A stretch of 64,000 nt of DNA from the human T2T-CHM13v2.0 reference genome, Homo sapiens, in the NCBI RefSeq assembly GCF_009914755.1, contig NC_060935.1. One strand, given 5' to 3'. Shown here piece by piece: positions 1 through 39,000 of this stretch. The position numbers and the translations under genes are program-made. Under the pieces are notes generated by a model. That model ran no database searches and had not been told where the DNA came from. It saw nothing but the letters and a program-made list of their open reading frames with translations. Within the stretch, counting starts at the first letter, position 1. The number at the start of each line of letters is the position of its first letter.

Positions 1-810
<810 letters not shown>

Positions 811-812
811 CA

Positions 813-2692
<1,880 letters not shown>

Positions 2693-2761
2693 TCACTGGC
2701 CCCTCTTCCCACCTTAAAACCAGCTGCATCAGCAGAAGAGATTATGCCAGGTATTAAAAGC

Positions 2762-2774
2762 CCGCCAGGGGGCG
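2762..2774 (+). promoter_or_regulatory. CTCF-like core motif CCGCCAGGGGGCG
   Basis: Close match to CTCF core CC(A/G)C(C/T)AG(G/A)(G/T)GGC(G/A) in unique sequence. Confidence 0.55.
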
Positions 2775-3536
2775 GGGGTGGGGTGGGGTAGGATTGCCAG
2801 GCCAGCATGCTAGAGGCCCAGGCACCTGCAGGGACACCAGGAACAGCTGTCCACCAGCTGGAAGGGCCACTGCTCCCCTACATGTGCCCAAAACCTGACC
2901 TTCCCTGTGCCTCTAGCTGAAGTTTGCTCCAGTCCAGGCTCACAAGGCAGTGGTCTGTGGTCAGCTATGCATGGGGCTTGGGATGCTAGGATTGTGGTGG
3001 AAGTGAGGGAAAGATTTAGGGCTGAGCCAGGTGAGGGGACACTGGAGAATTTTCACAGCTGGGCTGATCCTGGAGCAGGAGTGAGAGCAGTGGTGGGATG
3101 TGCAGGATGGGCTGGAGGGACCTGCAGACCTCTCTGGATGGATGATGCTCCAGCACCCGCTCAGGGTGAAGACAAGCAGGGTTCAGGATGAAGACCTCTC
3201 ACCTAAGCAGCAAGGGTCGACCCTGCCCCTCTCCCTGCCCTGTCCCCTGAAGCTGCTAGTCAGTTGCAGCGTGAGTACTGGGGCAGAAACTGTCCTCTCC
3301 GGAGAAGTGCTCACACTGCAGGGGACACTGCTGGGGGTTCAGGGGAGAATGGGACCCTCACCCCCGTGAGTAACTAGGGATCAGTAACTAGGTAGCCGCC
3401 TTCCTGCAGCAGGCCACCCTCTGGCCCCTGCTTCTTAGCTGCAACCTCTGCAAGGTCCTGGCCCATATAGGTGTGACCTGTGAGGAGGTTAAAGGAAAGG
3501 TACCTTAGCCCCTGGCTGGGGCTCTCTCTCTGAAGT

Positions 3537-4403
<867 letters not shown>

Positions 4404-4759
4404 CTACCAGGGACCTCCACTCACCTGCCTCCTGCCCTCCCAACTCTGCCTTAGAGCCCAGCAGGCTGCCTCCCAGCAGGCTGGCTCTTGCAGTGGGATG
4501 TGGCACAGGAGGTTTTTGTTTCCAGCGGGCTTTCCTTCCCACATCTGCAAGTTCAAACTCAATGCCCATGATCCCTAGAAAGCCTTGGTAAAGGATGTCA
4601 CTAAGTCTGACATTCTCTCAAACTGAACTTTTTTTTTTTTTCTGGTGCCCACCATACCCTACCCTAGTTCTCTCAGAGCATCCAAAGAACTCTCCAGAAC
4701 TCTCCATTGCCCTCTGTAGCTCTGGATGTGGTGCCTACCACGGGCCGTTGGCAGTCCCG

Positions 4760-5116
4760 ATTCTGTGTCTCTGACCAGGGGTTGCTCAGGCCACTGACTC
4801 TGCACACACATGGGGCAGTGAGTGTGCCAGGGAGCCAACAGCCTCTGGAAGCAGCCCACAACCAATGGCAGGTGGCAGCGGGTGGATAAGGAAAATGTGG
4901 AGTCCCCTTCTACACTGTCTCCCAGAGGTGTCCAGCCAGGCAGCACCAGCAGCCACTGCAGTGACTTGCTCGACGATGCACCCTTCGTTGGTTCTCTTCC
5001 CTCCCTTGTCTTACTTTCCACTCCTCTGTCAGTATTTCCTAGGACCATTTCCCAAATAAACTTCTTGCACTTGAATCCTTGCCTCAAGGTTTGCTTCTGG
5101 GTGAATTCGAAGTAAG

Positions 5117-5119
<3 letters not shown>
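4760..5119 (+). mobile_element. ERVL-type solo LTR relic (LTR16-like)
   Basis: gggagccaacagcctctggaagcagcccacaaccaatg...ggtggataa and 3' end tcccaaataaacttcttgcacttgaatccttgcctcaaggtttgcttctggg...taaggca resemble LTR16 consensus; 5' boundary uncertain. Confidence 0.6.
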
Positions 5120-7510
<2,391 letters not shown>

Positions 7511-8139
7511 CAAACGCAAGCGAGCATGCAGTAATTGCCAAGCTGGGTGAATGGATTTTCAGGGCTGTGGGAATTCACAGAGTGCAGCAGGGAAGGCCTG
7601 TGCATGTGTTTGGAGGCAGAGGAGGCGGCAGGGAGGAGAGAGTGTATCCAATGCCTGTTTGAAGGGGAGGACAGCATAGACCTCATTTCACACAGGAGGG
7701 TGCAGGGGAATCTCCAACAGAGAAGTCACTGGCCAGGTGGTGGGGAAAGTTCAGGGCCGTAGCAGCCACAGGGACAAACCCGCAGAGAAGACATCTGAAG
7801 TTCTGAGAATAAATGAAAGCCTCAAGAGAGAGAAGAGCAGAGGGTTGAGGACTAGGCCTTGCAGGAAGCCCAAAGGCAGGGGTAGGGGAGAGGGGCAGAG
7901 GGTGAGCCTGCAGGAGGGAGAAACTCTTGTTTGTTAGCCTGGGCCACTGTGGCCTGTTTAGGACTCTACGCTCTCCTTCCTGTGTAGGGCACCTGTGCGC
8001 AGTGCCTGGACCTGCCTTGGTTCTCACTGACCCTCTGGCATAACTGGTGGTCACAGGAAGTTGGTTTCCTGTGAGCTTTCATGATGCTTCCCGAATCCAC
8101 CCACTTCTCTCTCCACTTCTGTGGGGTAGAAGACTGTAG

Positions 8140-8660
<521 letters not shown>

Positions 8661-8716
8661 ATGTCATAGTAAGATCTGGCTTCTCTCAGAGAGAAAGGGG
8701 TCACCTTATCCACCCC

Positions 8717-9765
<1,049 letters not shown>

Positions 9766-10133
9766 ACTCCCAAGATTATTCCAGGGGTTTTCAAGCCTAA
9801 ACTCTCTCAATCTCCTGCACCCACATCCTCAAAATGATCAACCTGCACACGGCCCTGGCAGCCTCTCCCCAGGTTCTGAGGAAGACGTGTCCTCACCCCA
9901 CGGAAGTTACCTCAGGCCAGCTGGTTCTTCTGGCTGCTCCGGCACCAAGCACCTCTTGCTCTATCCCTTATCCCTTATTTGCAGTTTCTAGTCCCACCCT
10001 TGCCCGCCCCATCTCTACTGACATCTTCTTGCAGGCCACACACAAACTCTTTATGTTCCCATTACAACCCCCCCATCCTGTCTTCCGCTGCTGGAACTTC
10101 TTTCCACAGCCAGCTCTTGAAAGAGGGATGCAC

Positions 10134-13695
<3,562 letters not shown>

Positions 13696-13986
13696 AATGG
13701 GAGACTTGTCTATATCCTGTATAGACCTGATGTCCATCATGGCACTCAGTCCTGGTTTACAACCGAGATGCACACATAGCTATTATTAGCCCCTTTCATT
13801 TTCTGAAAGTGTCTCAGTGTAGAGGCTAATTTCTTTGTTCACCTGACTTGCCCCCTGACAATGTGGCTTCATGTCACTCACATTGCAATCCCAGTGCCCC
13901 GCACAGGCAGGTGCTCTTTCTAGGGAAGGAAAGAATAAATGAACATTTGATCTGGTGGTTAGAAAATGCCATCAATTTGGGGAGTA

Positions 13987-14172
13987 GCAGAAAGTGCACT
14001 GGACTAGCTATCAGAAGACATGGTTTATAGTTCTAATTTCATCACGAAACTAGCTGCATGACCTTGGCCACGCTGCTTAACATCTTTGGGCCTCAGACTG
14101 CCAGTTTTTAAATGAGCAAGTAGGATTAAATGACCTCTGCCCTCGATGCTTGCTCTAAGATTCTGTGATTCA
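13987..14172 (+). mobile_element. MIR (MIR3/MIRc-like)
   Basis: gaaagtgcactggact...actagctgcatgaccttggcc...cttaacatctttgggcctcag...gctctaagattctgtgattc. Confidence 0.75.
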
Positions 14173-14583
14173 GAGTTATCCCCTTAATAGACGAGGACCT
14201 CTCAGACCCTAAATGGAAGAAGTTAGTGTGGCACTGAGTACACACACCAGGAAGTCTTGGACGATGGAGAGTGTTGGTGCTGCTCTTGAAGCTGTGCAGG
14301 AACCACCTTCATTTTTCCCTCTGCCAGTTCTGTCATGCTGCTGTCTCTTTGGTTAATATGCACGGTGCTGTTTTTTGTTTTTGTTTTTTGTTTCTCTCTC
14401 CAATTAAACTGTAAGCTTCTTGAGGATAGGCTCCAAGTCTTATGTTTTAAATCTTGAGGCCCTTTAAGTTAAATTAGAACCTGGCACGTGTTCTGTGGTT
14501 GACAATAATGGTCATATGGAGATCTAATCAAATCAAATGTTAGACAGTGGATGGCAGGTTTAATCAGAAATACACCAGAGAAG

Positions 14584-18946
<4,363 letters not shown>

Positions 18947-19319
18947 GTTGCACTGTGACGTGGACTCTAAAGTCAACATCCTAAACTGGAGACAGTAGAG
19001 GTAAGTGGAGCAGAAAGACAAGATCACAAGAGGAGCTGGAATAAAAAGACAGTGAAGAACTTGGCCCAAGATTCACATACCTCCTGGCTTGGTTTGCAGT
19101 AGTACAGGATTTGGTTTCTATCACTTCTATTCCAGCTGCAATGACAGCTGCAGGAACAGTTTCTCTGCAACAATTACTATTACATCAACCTTCTCTGCTC
19201 CAGAACATATGTGCCTCTCTTGCTCTCACAAAACCAAGCTTCTCTGCAAGGATTCAATGCTCTCCAGCCTTCATATTCCTTCCCTCAAAAGCAACACTGC
19301 ACTACTTTATTGGCTGATT

Positions 19320-19430
19320 CAATAAATATGAAGGAATGAGTGCCAACTATGCCTGGCACTGTTCTAGGCATTGGGGAATCCAGCAATGAACAAAACTTCC
19401 TGCCCCACGGGGCTTATATCCAAGTGCAAT
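19320..19430 (-). mobile_element. L2 3' end fragment
   Basis: gagtgccaactatgcctggcactgttctaggcattgggga...aatgaacaaaac...cctgccccacggggcttata. Confidence 0.65.
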
Positions 19431-19766
19431 TTGAAGACCAGTTCTTATGGTCTAAATGATCTTCCAGCAATTCATTGGAATGATGATTGTTCTCTGAGTA
19501 TGTCACATCTTCATGGTGTCCTTTCTTCGATATGAAGTTTTCGAAGGTAAAAGTCAAGCCTTCTAACTTTTCAAATCTCCTTTCTCTATCCAAGCACTTA
19601 ATTTAGCATTGGGCACAGTGTACTCAGTAAGTACCCAAATCCTACATGTAGGAGAAAAAGAAACTGGACAATGCATTGTACACTTAAAACTTTGTTAAAA
19701 TGGTAAATCTCACATCAAGTGTTCTTACCACAATAAAATAAAAATAAATTTAAAATAGGAGAACTG

Positions 19767-24349
<4,583 letters not shown>

Positions 24350-26903
24350 TAGGGTTCTCCCAGCATGCCCATCTGAATTAAACTTGGAGGTATCTGATTG
24401 CCAAGGGTGTGCAACTCACCTCCTTGAGGGTTAATTACTTAAGGGGGTCTGAATGTTAAGAAAAAGGGCAAGACCAAGTTGAGCTACTCCTAGAGACTTT
24501 CTCTTTGCCGCCAAGTATTCCCTGGGTTATAAGGGTGAGTGGGAAGGAAATAAAGCTGTTTATTTTGCAAATAGCAACAAGGCCCAACACTTAATCTGAC
24601 AATGGCAAAAGCTTTCTCTCCTGCTTAAAAAACAAACAAAACGAGCTGCTGACTTTTTCTATAACTACAGAGAGCCAGATGCTTATGGGGCCATATCTGG
24701 TAGCACCAGTGTGAGAGACTGCTGCTTTTAAAATATACTTTACCATAGTCGGAAAGATTTAAAGAGGCTTTAGATCTGATACAGTTTCTGTGATTATCTT
24801 CTTCGTATCAGTGCTCTGAAAATCTAAGAAGTCTGAACAAAACTGGTATCAAAATAAAGAATATTTCCCAGTGACTAGAACGCAAGAAGATGATATCTTA
24901 TTAACAAACCTTTTTTGCTGTTTGTGAGATGTTTCAGTCGGCTGTTGGAGTAATTATGCAAGCTCTTTAACCTTTCTATACTTCAGCTGTCTATCTTTAA
25001 AATGAATATAGCGCTAACAGGCACTTTAGCTTGTCTCCTAAGGATGTTGTGAAACAAAGCAGAGAATGTCTGTACAAACTCCCCAAGTTGTGCATGCAGA
25101 AAAACCTTCTGTGGTAATAAATAATAATACCTTGCATTTACGTAGCGCTTTTACCTTGGAGTTCAAGCCTTGATAGAATTAGAAGGTATCATTATTTTAA
25201 TTGTCTCGCTAACGTCCTCCTGAAAGAGTTGATGGCTGTTTATGCAGGTTATATGATTCACTCCATGCCCTACCTCTCTGCTCCATTCCCTGCTTCCAGG
25301 AGTCAGAGCTTAAAGAGTGGGAAACCAAGGCAGGGAGAAAAAGATTTGTGTGACACCGCTCAGCAAGGGCGTAGTGGAGCCAATAGTGCCAACCCCGATG
25401 TGTAACGCCCCAGCCACCGTCCTTTGTGGGATTTAGAATTTAAACGGGCCCCAGAGCAAGAGATTGGCTGGGGAAATGCCCGGATCGCGGCTGGGCTGCT
25501 CGCATGGCACTGCTCGGGTACCTCCGGCCGGGCTCCGTCGACGTTCGGAGCCTGCTGGCCCGTCGGGCAGCTGTCGGGCCGCGGGAGTCGGTCCGTGGGC
25601 AGGGCCGGCGCAGCTCGGGCGGCTGCTGCCCCGTCGCTGACCCCCGCGCGAAGCTGCGCGCACCAACAGGAGACATCTTCCCGGCCGGGCCTCCCGCGCC
25701 CGCCACGGCCCAGGGCGGCAGGGTCGGGCCGGGGGCCGGGGGCGGCCCGCGCACCCCTCCGTGGGGGGCGCCCCGACTCGCCGGGGGCGGGGTCACGTCC
25801 CACCCGGGCCGCCGGGGGCACCGGCGCGGCGGAAAGCTGAGCGTGGCCGAGGAGCGGGGGCTTCCTGGGCCACCTCGCCGGGCGCCTCCGGCCGGCGGTG
25901 GGCGCGCCGGCCGCCACCGCCCCCGGGCCGTCGCGGAGACCGCTTCTGCGCCTGGTACCTGTGGACGCCCTTGTTAAGCGCCTGCAGCACCCCCGGGGAG
26001 CCGAGCCCAGGACAGACATGCTACTCCTGTTTCCTGCCCCTTCGGAGCGACGAGCAGTGGGTGAGGCGGGGCCAGGCCGCTGCACCGAGGAGCCCCCGGG
26101 CCCAGGGCAGACGGGCCCCGTGGCGGCGGCGCCGGGGCCTGCCCGGGAATGGCGGGCAAGCCGGCCTCGGCCCACCGGCCGGCACGCGAAGGGAGGGCAG
26201 CCGGCGGCCATGCGCCCCTTCCCTGCGCCCTCTCGCCCTGGGCAGGCCTGAGCCGGGAGCCCAGGTCCCGCGGGCCCAGCCCGGCGGCTTGACCCCGGGA
26301 GACCCTGCTTTGAGGCGGGTATCGGTTGCCCTGGCCCAGGCCTCCCGGCCCTCAGGTTGTGTGACTGTGACGGGCAGCCTGGGGCCAAAGGCGGTTGAAG
26401 GGGAAGGGGACGCAGATCTCCCACTGCTTGGGGGGGGTGATGTGCTTTGTGGGGGGTCGGGGGTCACCACCCTCCCAGGGGGGTGGGGGAGGGCGGCCAG
26501 CACAGCTGGCCGCGAGGGGCGGGGTCGCAGAGGCGAAGTGTGTGTGAGGGTGTGTGGGGGGAGGGCGCGCGGAGGAGGATCGGTGCCCTGCGCGCAGGCG
26601 CGAGCAGCCAGCCAGGCCCGAGCCCTGGAAGAACGCCGACGGGGAGCGGGGGCGGCGGGCTGGCGGGAGGGAGGGAGGGCGGGCGGCCTGACGCGAGGGG
26701 GCGCAGGGAGCCGCGTCGGCGTCGCGGGGCGCGGGCGATTCGAGGCCGACGCATCCGCGCGTGCGCGCGCCGGCGGTGTGTCCGCGTTAGAGGGGAGTGA
26801 CGCGTGCGCGTTCACGCGCGCCCGGGAGAGCGGTAAGAAGCGCAGGGAGGCCTGAAGGGGGTGGGGGGGTGGAGAGGCGAGCTGGAGGAGGGGTGGGGAG
26901 GTG

Positions 26904-26914
26904 GCGCCTGCGCA
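26904..26914. promoter_or_regulatory. NRF1-like binding motif GCGCCTGCGCA (second copy GCGCAGGCGC at 26592-26601)
   Basis: Match to the GCGCNTGCGC-type NRF1 consensus immediately upstream of the inferred TSS. Confidence 0.65.
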
Positions 26915-26958
26915 GTGCGCCTCGGAGGAGCTGTGTGTATGTGAGAGTCTGACGGGTT

Positions 26959-26970
26959 CAAAATGGCGGC
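26959..26970 (+). promoter_or_regulatory. YY1 motif / TISU-like element CAAAATGGCGGC
   Basis: Match to YY1 consensus AANATGGCGGC; one mismatch to TISU SAASATGGCGGC. Confidence 0.75.
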
Positions 26971-27017
26971 GGCTGCTTCAGCGGCTCCTCCTGTGTGAGG
27001 GAAACAACACCCCTCCC

Positions 27018-27041
27018 CGGCAGCGGCGGCGGCGGCGGCGG
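27018..27041 (+). repeat. 5' UTR CGG repeat: CGG CAG (CGG)6
   Basis: cggcagcggcggcggcggcggcgg read directly. Confidence 0.9.
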
Positions 27042-29999
27042 CTCTCGGAGCACCTTCCCAGCGGCTGGGCCCGTGGCCGCTCTGTCTTTCCTGGGCAGGG
27101 GACGCTCCGGGAGGAGGGGCAACGCCAGGGGGCCCATCCCCCGGAATCCCTCTTCTGCGACTGGGGAGTAGCCGGGGGGCTCGTCCCGCAGCGCGGAGCC
27201 AGACCTGAGGGGGAGACGCGAGGGGAGCCAGGGCCCCCATCCCGGCGCGCCGCGCCGCTCCCGCCCTGTCCGCCCCCCGGGGCCGGGGCCCGCGTTCCGG
27301 GGGGCCGGGGCGGCGCGGGGAGCCTCGGGCCGGCCGGTCTCAGCTGATCGGCCGCTGCTCCCGCAGGCGACCAGCCCCTGCTGGCCGAGGGCACGGCGAG
27401 GAGGGCGCTCCCTGCGGCCGGGGCCGGCCCGGGGCTCGGGCCCGGGCTGCTGACCGCTGGCCTGGGGGAGGCGGGGGCGCCCCGGGCTCGGCGCCGAGGG
27501 GTCGCGCTCCTCTCTCCTGACGCCTCCGACTCCCGGTCTCCAAAGCCAGAAGAGAAGGTTTGATTCAGCAACTGTTTGCTCCCTTTTCCTGGTCGCTCTG
27601 ACCCTCTCTGGATACTGGGTTGATCCACGGAAAAACCGAAGACGACGTTTGGGATTTAATTATTCCTCTCAGCTTTGGAATCTTTTACTTCTCACTTGGA
27701 CAAGAACTCAAGAGCAGAATCTCCGGTGAGTTTCCCCCTCCCCCCCCTCATTTGGAAGTTTGGTTGACTGTGTTATCCAAAGACTGAATGCAAAGTTTCT
27801 ATCTCTTTTTCCGATGGGTGAACCATTGAAACGCCTTTTCCTGGGGGAGCCCAGCGAGATTCGCCCTTTTTCCTCTCCGGCCCTGGCTGCTCCATGCCCA
27901 GGCGGTCGTCGCCCAGGGGGTGCAAGCACGGTTTCCCTCCCGACTTCGGGCCAGGGCTTCCTCCGGGAGGGCTCTGCCTCTAACTGCTCTGCAAACTGTG
28001 TCATCGGGTCCTCTGGTCTCGTAGCAGTTTTGAAAGGATGCTGTTAACGTGGCTGTAATGTAGTGACAAAAACGGGGGGAACCTGTGTTCTCAATGGAAG
28101 CCATTATCCACGAGAATATTTAGAAAAAAGAAAACCCTTTCTTGGTATTACGGATTGACCGTCGCGCCGGCCGGTCTTTTATTTAATTTTTGGACAAGAT
28201 GTATTTTCCTTGTATCCTTAGATGCAATCGTTTATTTTATTACTTTATCCAAAAAGATCAGATGGAATTTTGGTCCTTGATTTGCACCTCTGAAATTTGT
28301 TTCAGAGTTGTGCACATCTTGTGTTGGGGTGGAGGGTAGATTTGGGAATGATAAGATCCGGGGAGTCTAGAAAGGAAGGCGACGATTGTGCACGGCCTTA
28401 CAGGAGGGGTATGGGAAATTGTTTTGGGGTCATTTAAATCCTAATTTTTTGTCCTCTTTTTACATAGTCAGTTTGCCCTTCTTTCCTTTAGTTTCTGATT
28501 ACCGGTGAGAGAGAACTAATTTGGTTAGGATCTGGATTAGTTCAGTGGTGCTTCACCTGGTCAGCTCTCTGGAGATAAAAGTCCTGGGCTTTTTTTTTTT
28601 CTTGCTGATGCTGCCATGAAGGAGATCCTTGCTAGTTGTAATCCTGTGGGGAGAAACTGGTGGTGTGGCCCTTCCACAAGGAACTGAAACCAACATCTCG
28701 TTTCGTCTAGGCCTCCGACAGTTGTAATGTGATTAATGTTGAACATGACATGGAACCACTTGCCCAAGAGCAGAAAGGTCCCAAACTCATGAAGAGGAAC
28801 CTGATTTTTCAGAGAGCCTTTAACACTTACCTTAAATACTCCTTTCCGTGAACAGAAAGCACAAGTTTGAGAATGAGTTCTCATTTCTGCTTATATCATT
28901 ATTCTTTAGTGTTGCAATCTGGTTCCTAAGGAGGAAGAGGAAGGCAGCCCTGGAGTGGTTTCTTTACAGTAATTTCAACAGAAGAGTGAGAGATGGAACC
29001 CGAAGAAGAAAGGATTCGTTACAGCCAGAGATTGGTTAGTATTTTCTCCCCCCACCACACCCTCCAGTTTTAAAGTAGGATAACTATTTTGTTTCCAGTT
29101 GTGAATATACTGTGAATCTGTGATTAAAACTTTTCGGGTGACTTTTCTGTGCACCAGAGGAGGGGGAAAGGTGTATTAATATCGAATTTGGCTTTTGGCC
29201 AAACATGTTTTATATTTTATATATTTATCTTGTTTGGAAATGGAGTTATATGTAGCCTTTAGCTTTTATAGAAACCATTGTATACCAAAGGATTTTGTGG
29301 ATTACAATGTGACAAAGATTCCTGATTTTACAGTACTGACATTGTAATACATCTGATTACGTTAGATTAGAATATAAATTTTGGGGGCAAAGCTGTTTGA
29401 GGAAGGATAGTTCAATACGTTTTTTAAGATTTTGTTGTCCCAGGATTTGTGACTTTGAGCGGGGAGAACTATGGATTATTTTCTTTTATTTTATAAATTA
29501 ACATTTTGGTAGCTTTGAAGGGTTGTTGGGATTGATTGAAGACAAGTAGGTAGAATACTGGATGCTGATAAAGTTCTGTGTTTTGGGAGGAATGTACGAG
29601 ATAGATCTTGTTGAAAGAAATTTTAGACATGATTTGAAAGGATTGGCTTATATCTGTATATGAACACTTGGATCCTTTAAGCCATGCTTTCCTCGTAAGG
29701 TTTCCCTATTGGAGTTTTAAGAATTCAATTTTTGTTTTTCTTAGCCAAAGAGAGCTTTATTAGTAGTCTCACAGTATTAATAAAAATCTGAATTTGTGTT
29801 TGAAGAGTGGGCTATGAGGAAAGCGACAGAATTGTATGTAGTATGTGAAATTTGCTGACCTGAAAGGCCTAGAAGATTACTAAAGGAATTTATGGTGGTT
29901 TTATTTGGCTCTGCATTTTAGACTGAATTTAGGAGAAAAAGAATGGTTCTCGAATACATTTTCTAGTGATCCTTACTCTTTTTGAGAAGAGACTTCTTT

Positions 30000-33120
<3,121 letters not shown>

Positions 33121-33165
33121 AAGTCATTTTTTGGGGGGAAAAAAAAATCAGAAATAACTAGTTAA

Positions 33166-35996
<2,831 letters not shown>

Positions 35997-36399
35997 CGTT
36001 CCCACTCTGAGGTCTTTCTGACTGAGAATGGACTAGATAAAATAGAATATTTATTTTAAGCCTTTTTTTTTTCTAGTATGAAAGTATAATGTTAGCTAGA
36101 AAAAATTATATGTGGTCTACATTGTTGAATTAGTTTATTTCTAATTATTTTATGAGATTTAGTCTTTAGTCTGTGTTGGTAGAGAGTGCACTGGTCTCAT
36201 TGTTGCGGCCTCCCTCCTAATAATGTAGGAAAAACTTGACCATTTTTGGGTGATTCAAAAATGCAGATAATGACAACTAATTTTTTATTCTTATACATCA
36301 GTCTTCCACAGTAAGCTATATTTTGGGCCCCTAGAATGAGGATTAAATTTAAGCCCTATTATTTTCTGTTGTTTTATTTTGCTGAGCATTAATCACTAC

Positions 36400-36535
36400 T
36401 GTACTTTGTGTATAGCTTTCCACTAGAGTATAAGCTTCTTGAGAGTTGGGGCTTTGTTTTTGTTTATGCTGTGTGCTAGATGCTTCAAATAGGGCCTAAC
36501 ACATAGCAAGTGCTGAATAAGTATTTGTTGATATT
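36400..36535 (+). mobile_element. L2 3' terminal fragment
   Basis: actagagtataagcttcttgagag...gggcctaacacatagcaagtgctgaataagtatttgttga. Confidence 0.75.
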
Positions 36536-36612
36536 GTTGAAAGCCTGGATATATGCTCTTCTTTGCTACCAATTTTCTTGAATGCTAGGATTAAGCCACT
36601 AGAGTGGAGGAG

Positions 36613-37597
<985 letters not shown>

Positions 37598-37620
37598 AAA
37601 AAAATTAAAGTTTAGTCTGA

Positions 37621-38123
<503 letters not shown>

Positions 38124-38429
38124 TAAGCTCTCCTGTTCTAATCCTGTCCTAAACTGTGCCTAGGTTTTGCTGACCTTTAGACAGCCTTAAAGCTGTGAAG
38201 TTGCAAGTGATGATGTTTGTGTTATTCTCGGGTCTTGGTTTTGGTTATTAAGTCAAGGAATTGATACATTATGTATATCATGTAGATAGACATACATTCT
38301 TTGTATCTTTCTATTTTGGGGGGGTAACGGACACTCTTAATTAGGTTTCATTAATTTTCTCTGTTTATCTCACTTTTGGAATAATACTTTATTTTTGCAT
38401 TGCACTTTCACATCAAAAAGGGTTAAAAT

Positions 38430-38670
38430 TCAGTAAACATTTATTATATGCCAGATAGTAGGCTAGGTTCTTTCATATATATTACCTTATTTAATTCTCA
38501 AAACAACCCTGGAAGGTAGATGGTATCGTTTTAAACCTTGATTTTTTTTTTTTTTTTAATTATGGAGAGAGAGGCCCAGGGAGGGGCCATGACTTGCCCA
38601 AGATCACAGAGTCGGTAAGAGGTGAAACCAGACCTTGAACTCAGGTACCCTGACTCCAAACTCCCAGGTT
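38430..38670 (-). mobile_element. MIR (MIRb-like)
   Basis: ttaattctcaaaacaaccctggaaggtag...gacttgcccaagatcacag...ttgaactcagg...ctgactccaaa. Confidence 0.8.
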
Positions 38671-38680
38671 TCTTCTCTCA

Positions 38681-39000
<320 letters not shown>

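Larger units (their letters stand above)
26945..27725 (+). other. Putative non-coding first exon (5' UTR) of a + strand gene; TSS approximate
   Basis: NRF1-like motif followed by YY1 motif CAAAATGGCGGC near 26960 (typical just downstream of a TSS); strong donor CCG|GTGAGT at 27725/27726; no ATG between 26999 and 27725; T/G-rich intron-like sequence follows. Confidence 0.75.
25400..28180. promoter_or_regulatory. CpG island / TATA-less promoter of an unidentified gene
   Basis: Abrupt switch to very GC-rich, CpG-dense, Alu-free sequence; many GC boxes (GGGCGG) and G-tracts; CCAAT at ~25380 and reverse CCAAT (GATTGG) at ~25462. Confidence 0.95.

Noticed and set aside
25360-27628. Long ORFs in the CpG island (354, 364, 264 and 216 aa)
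   Set aside because: Overlap on both strands, low-complexity Pro/Arg/Gly/Ala, mostly non-ATG starts; expected from stop-codon scarcity in GC-rich DNA.
26945-27725. Gene symbol for the promoter
   Set aside because: No coding exon in the window and I do not reliably recognise the UTR; a BLAT search would settle it.
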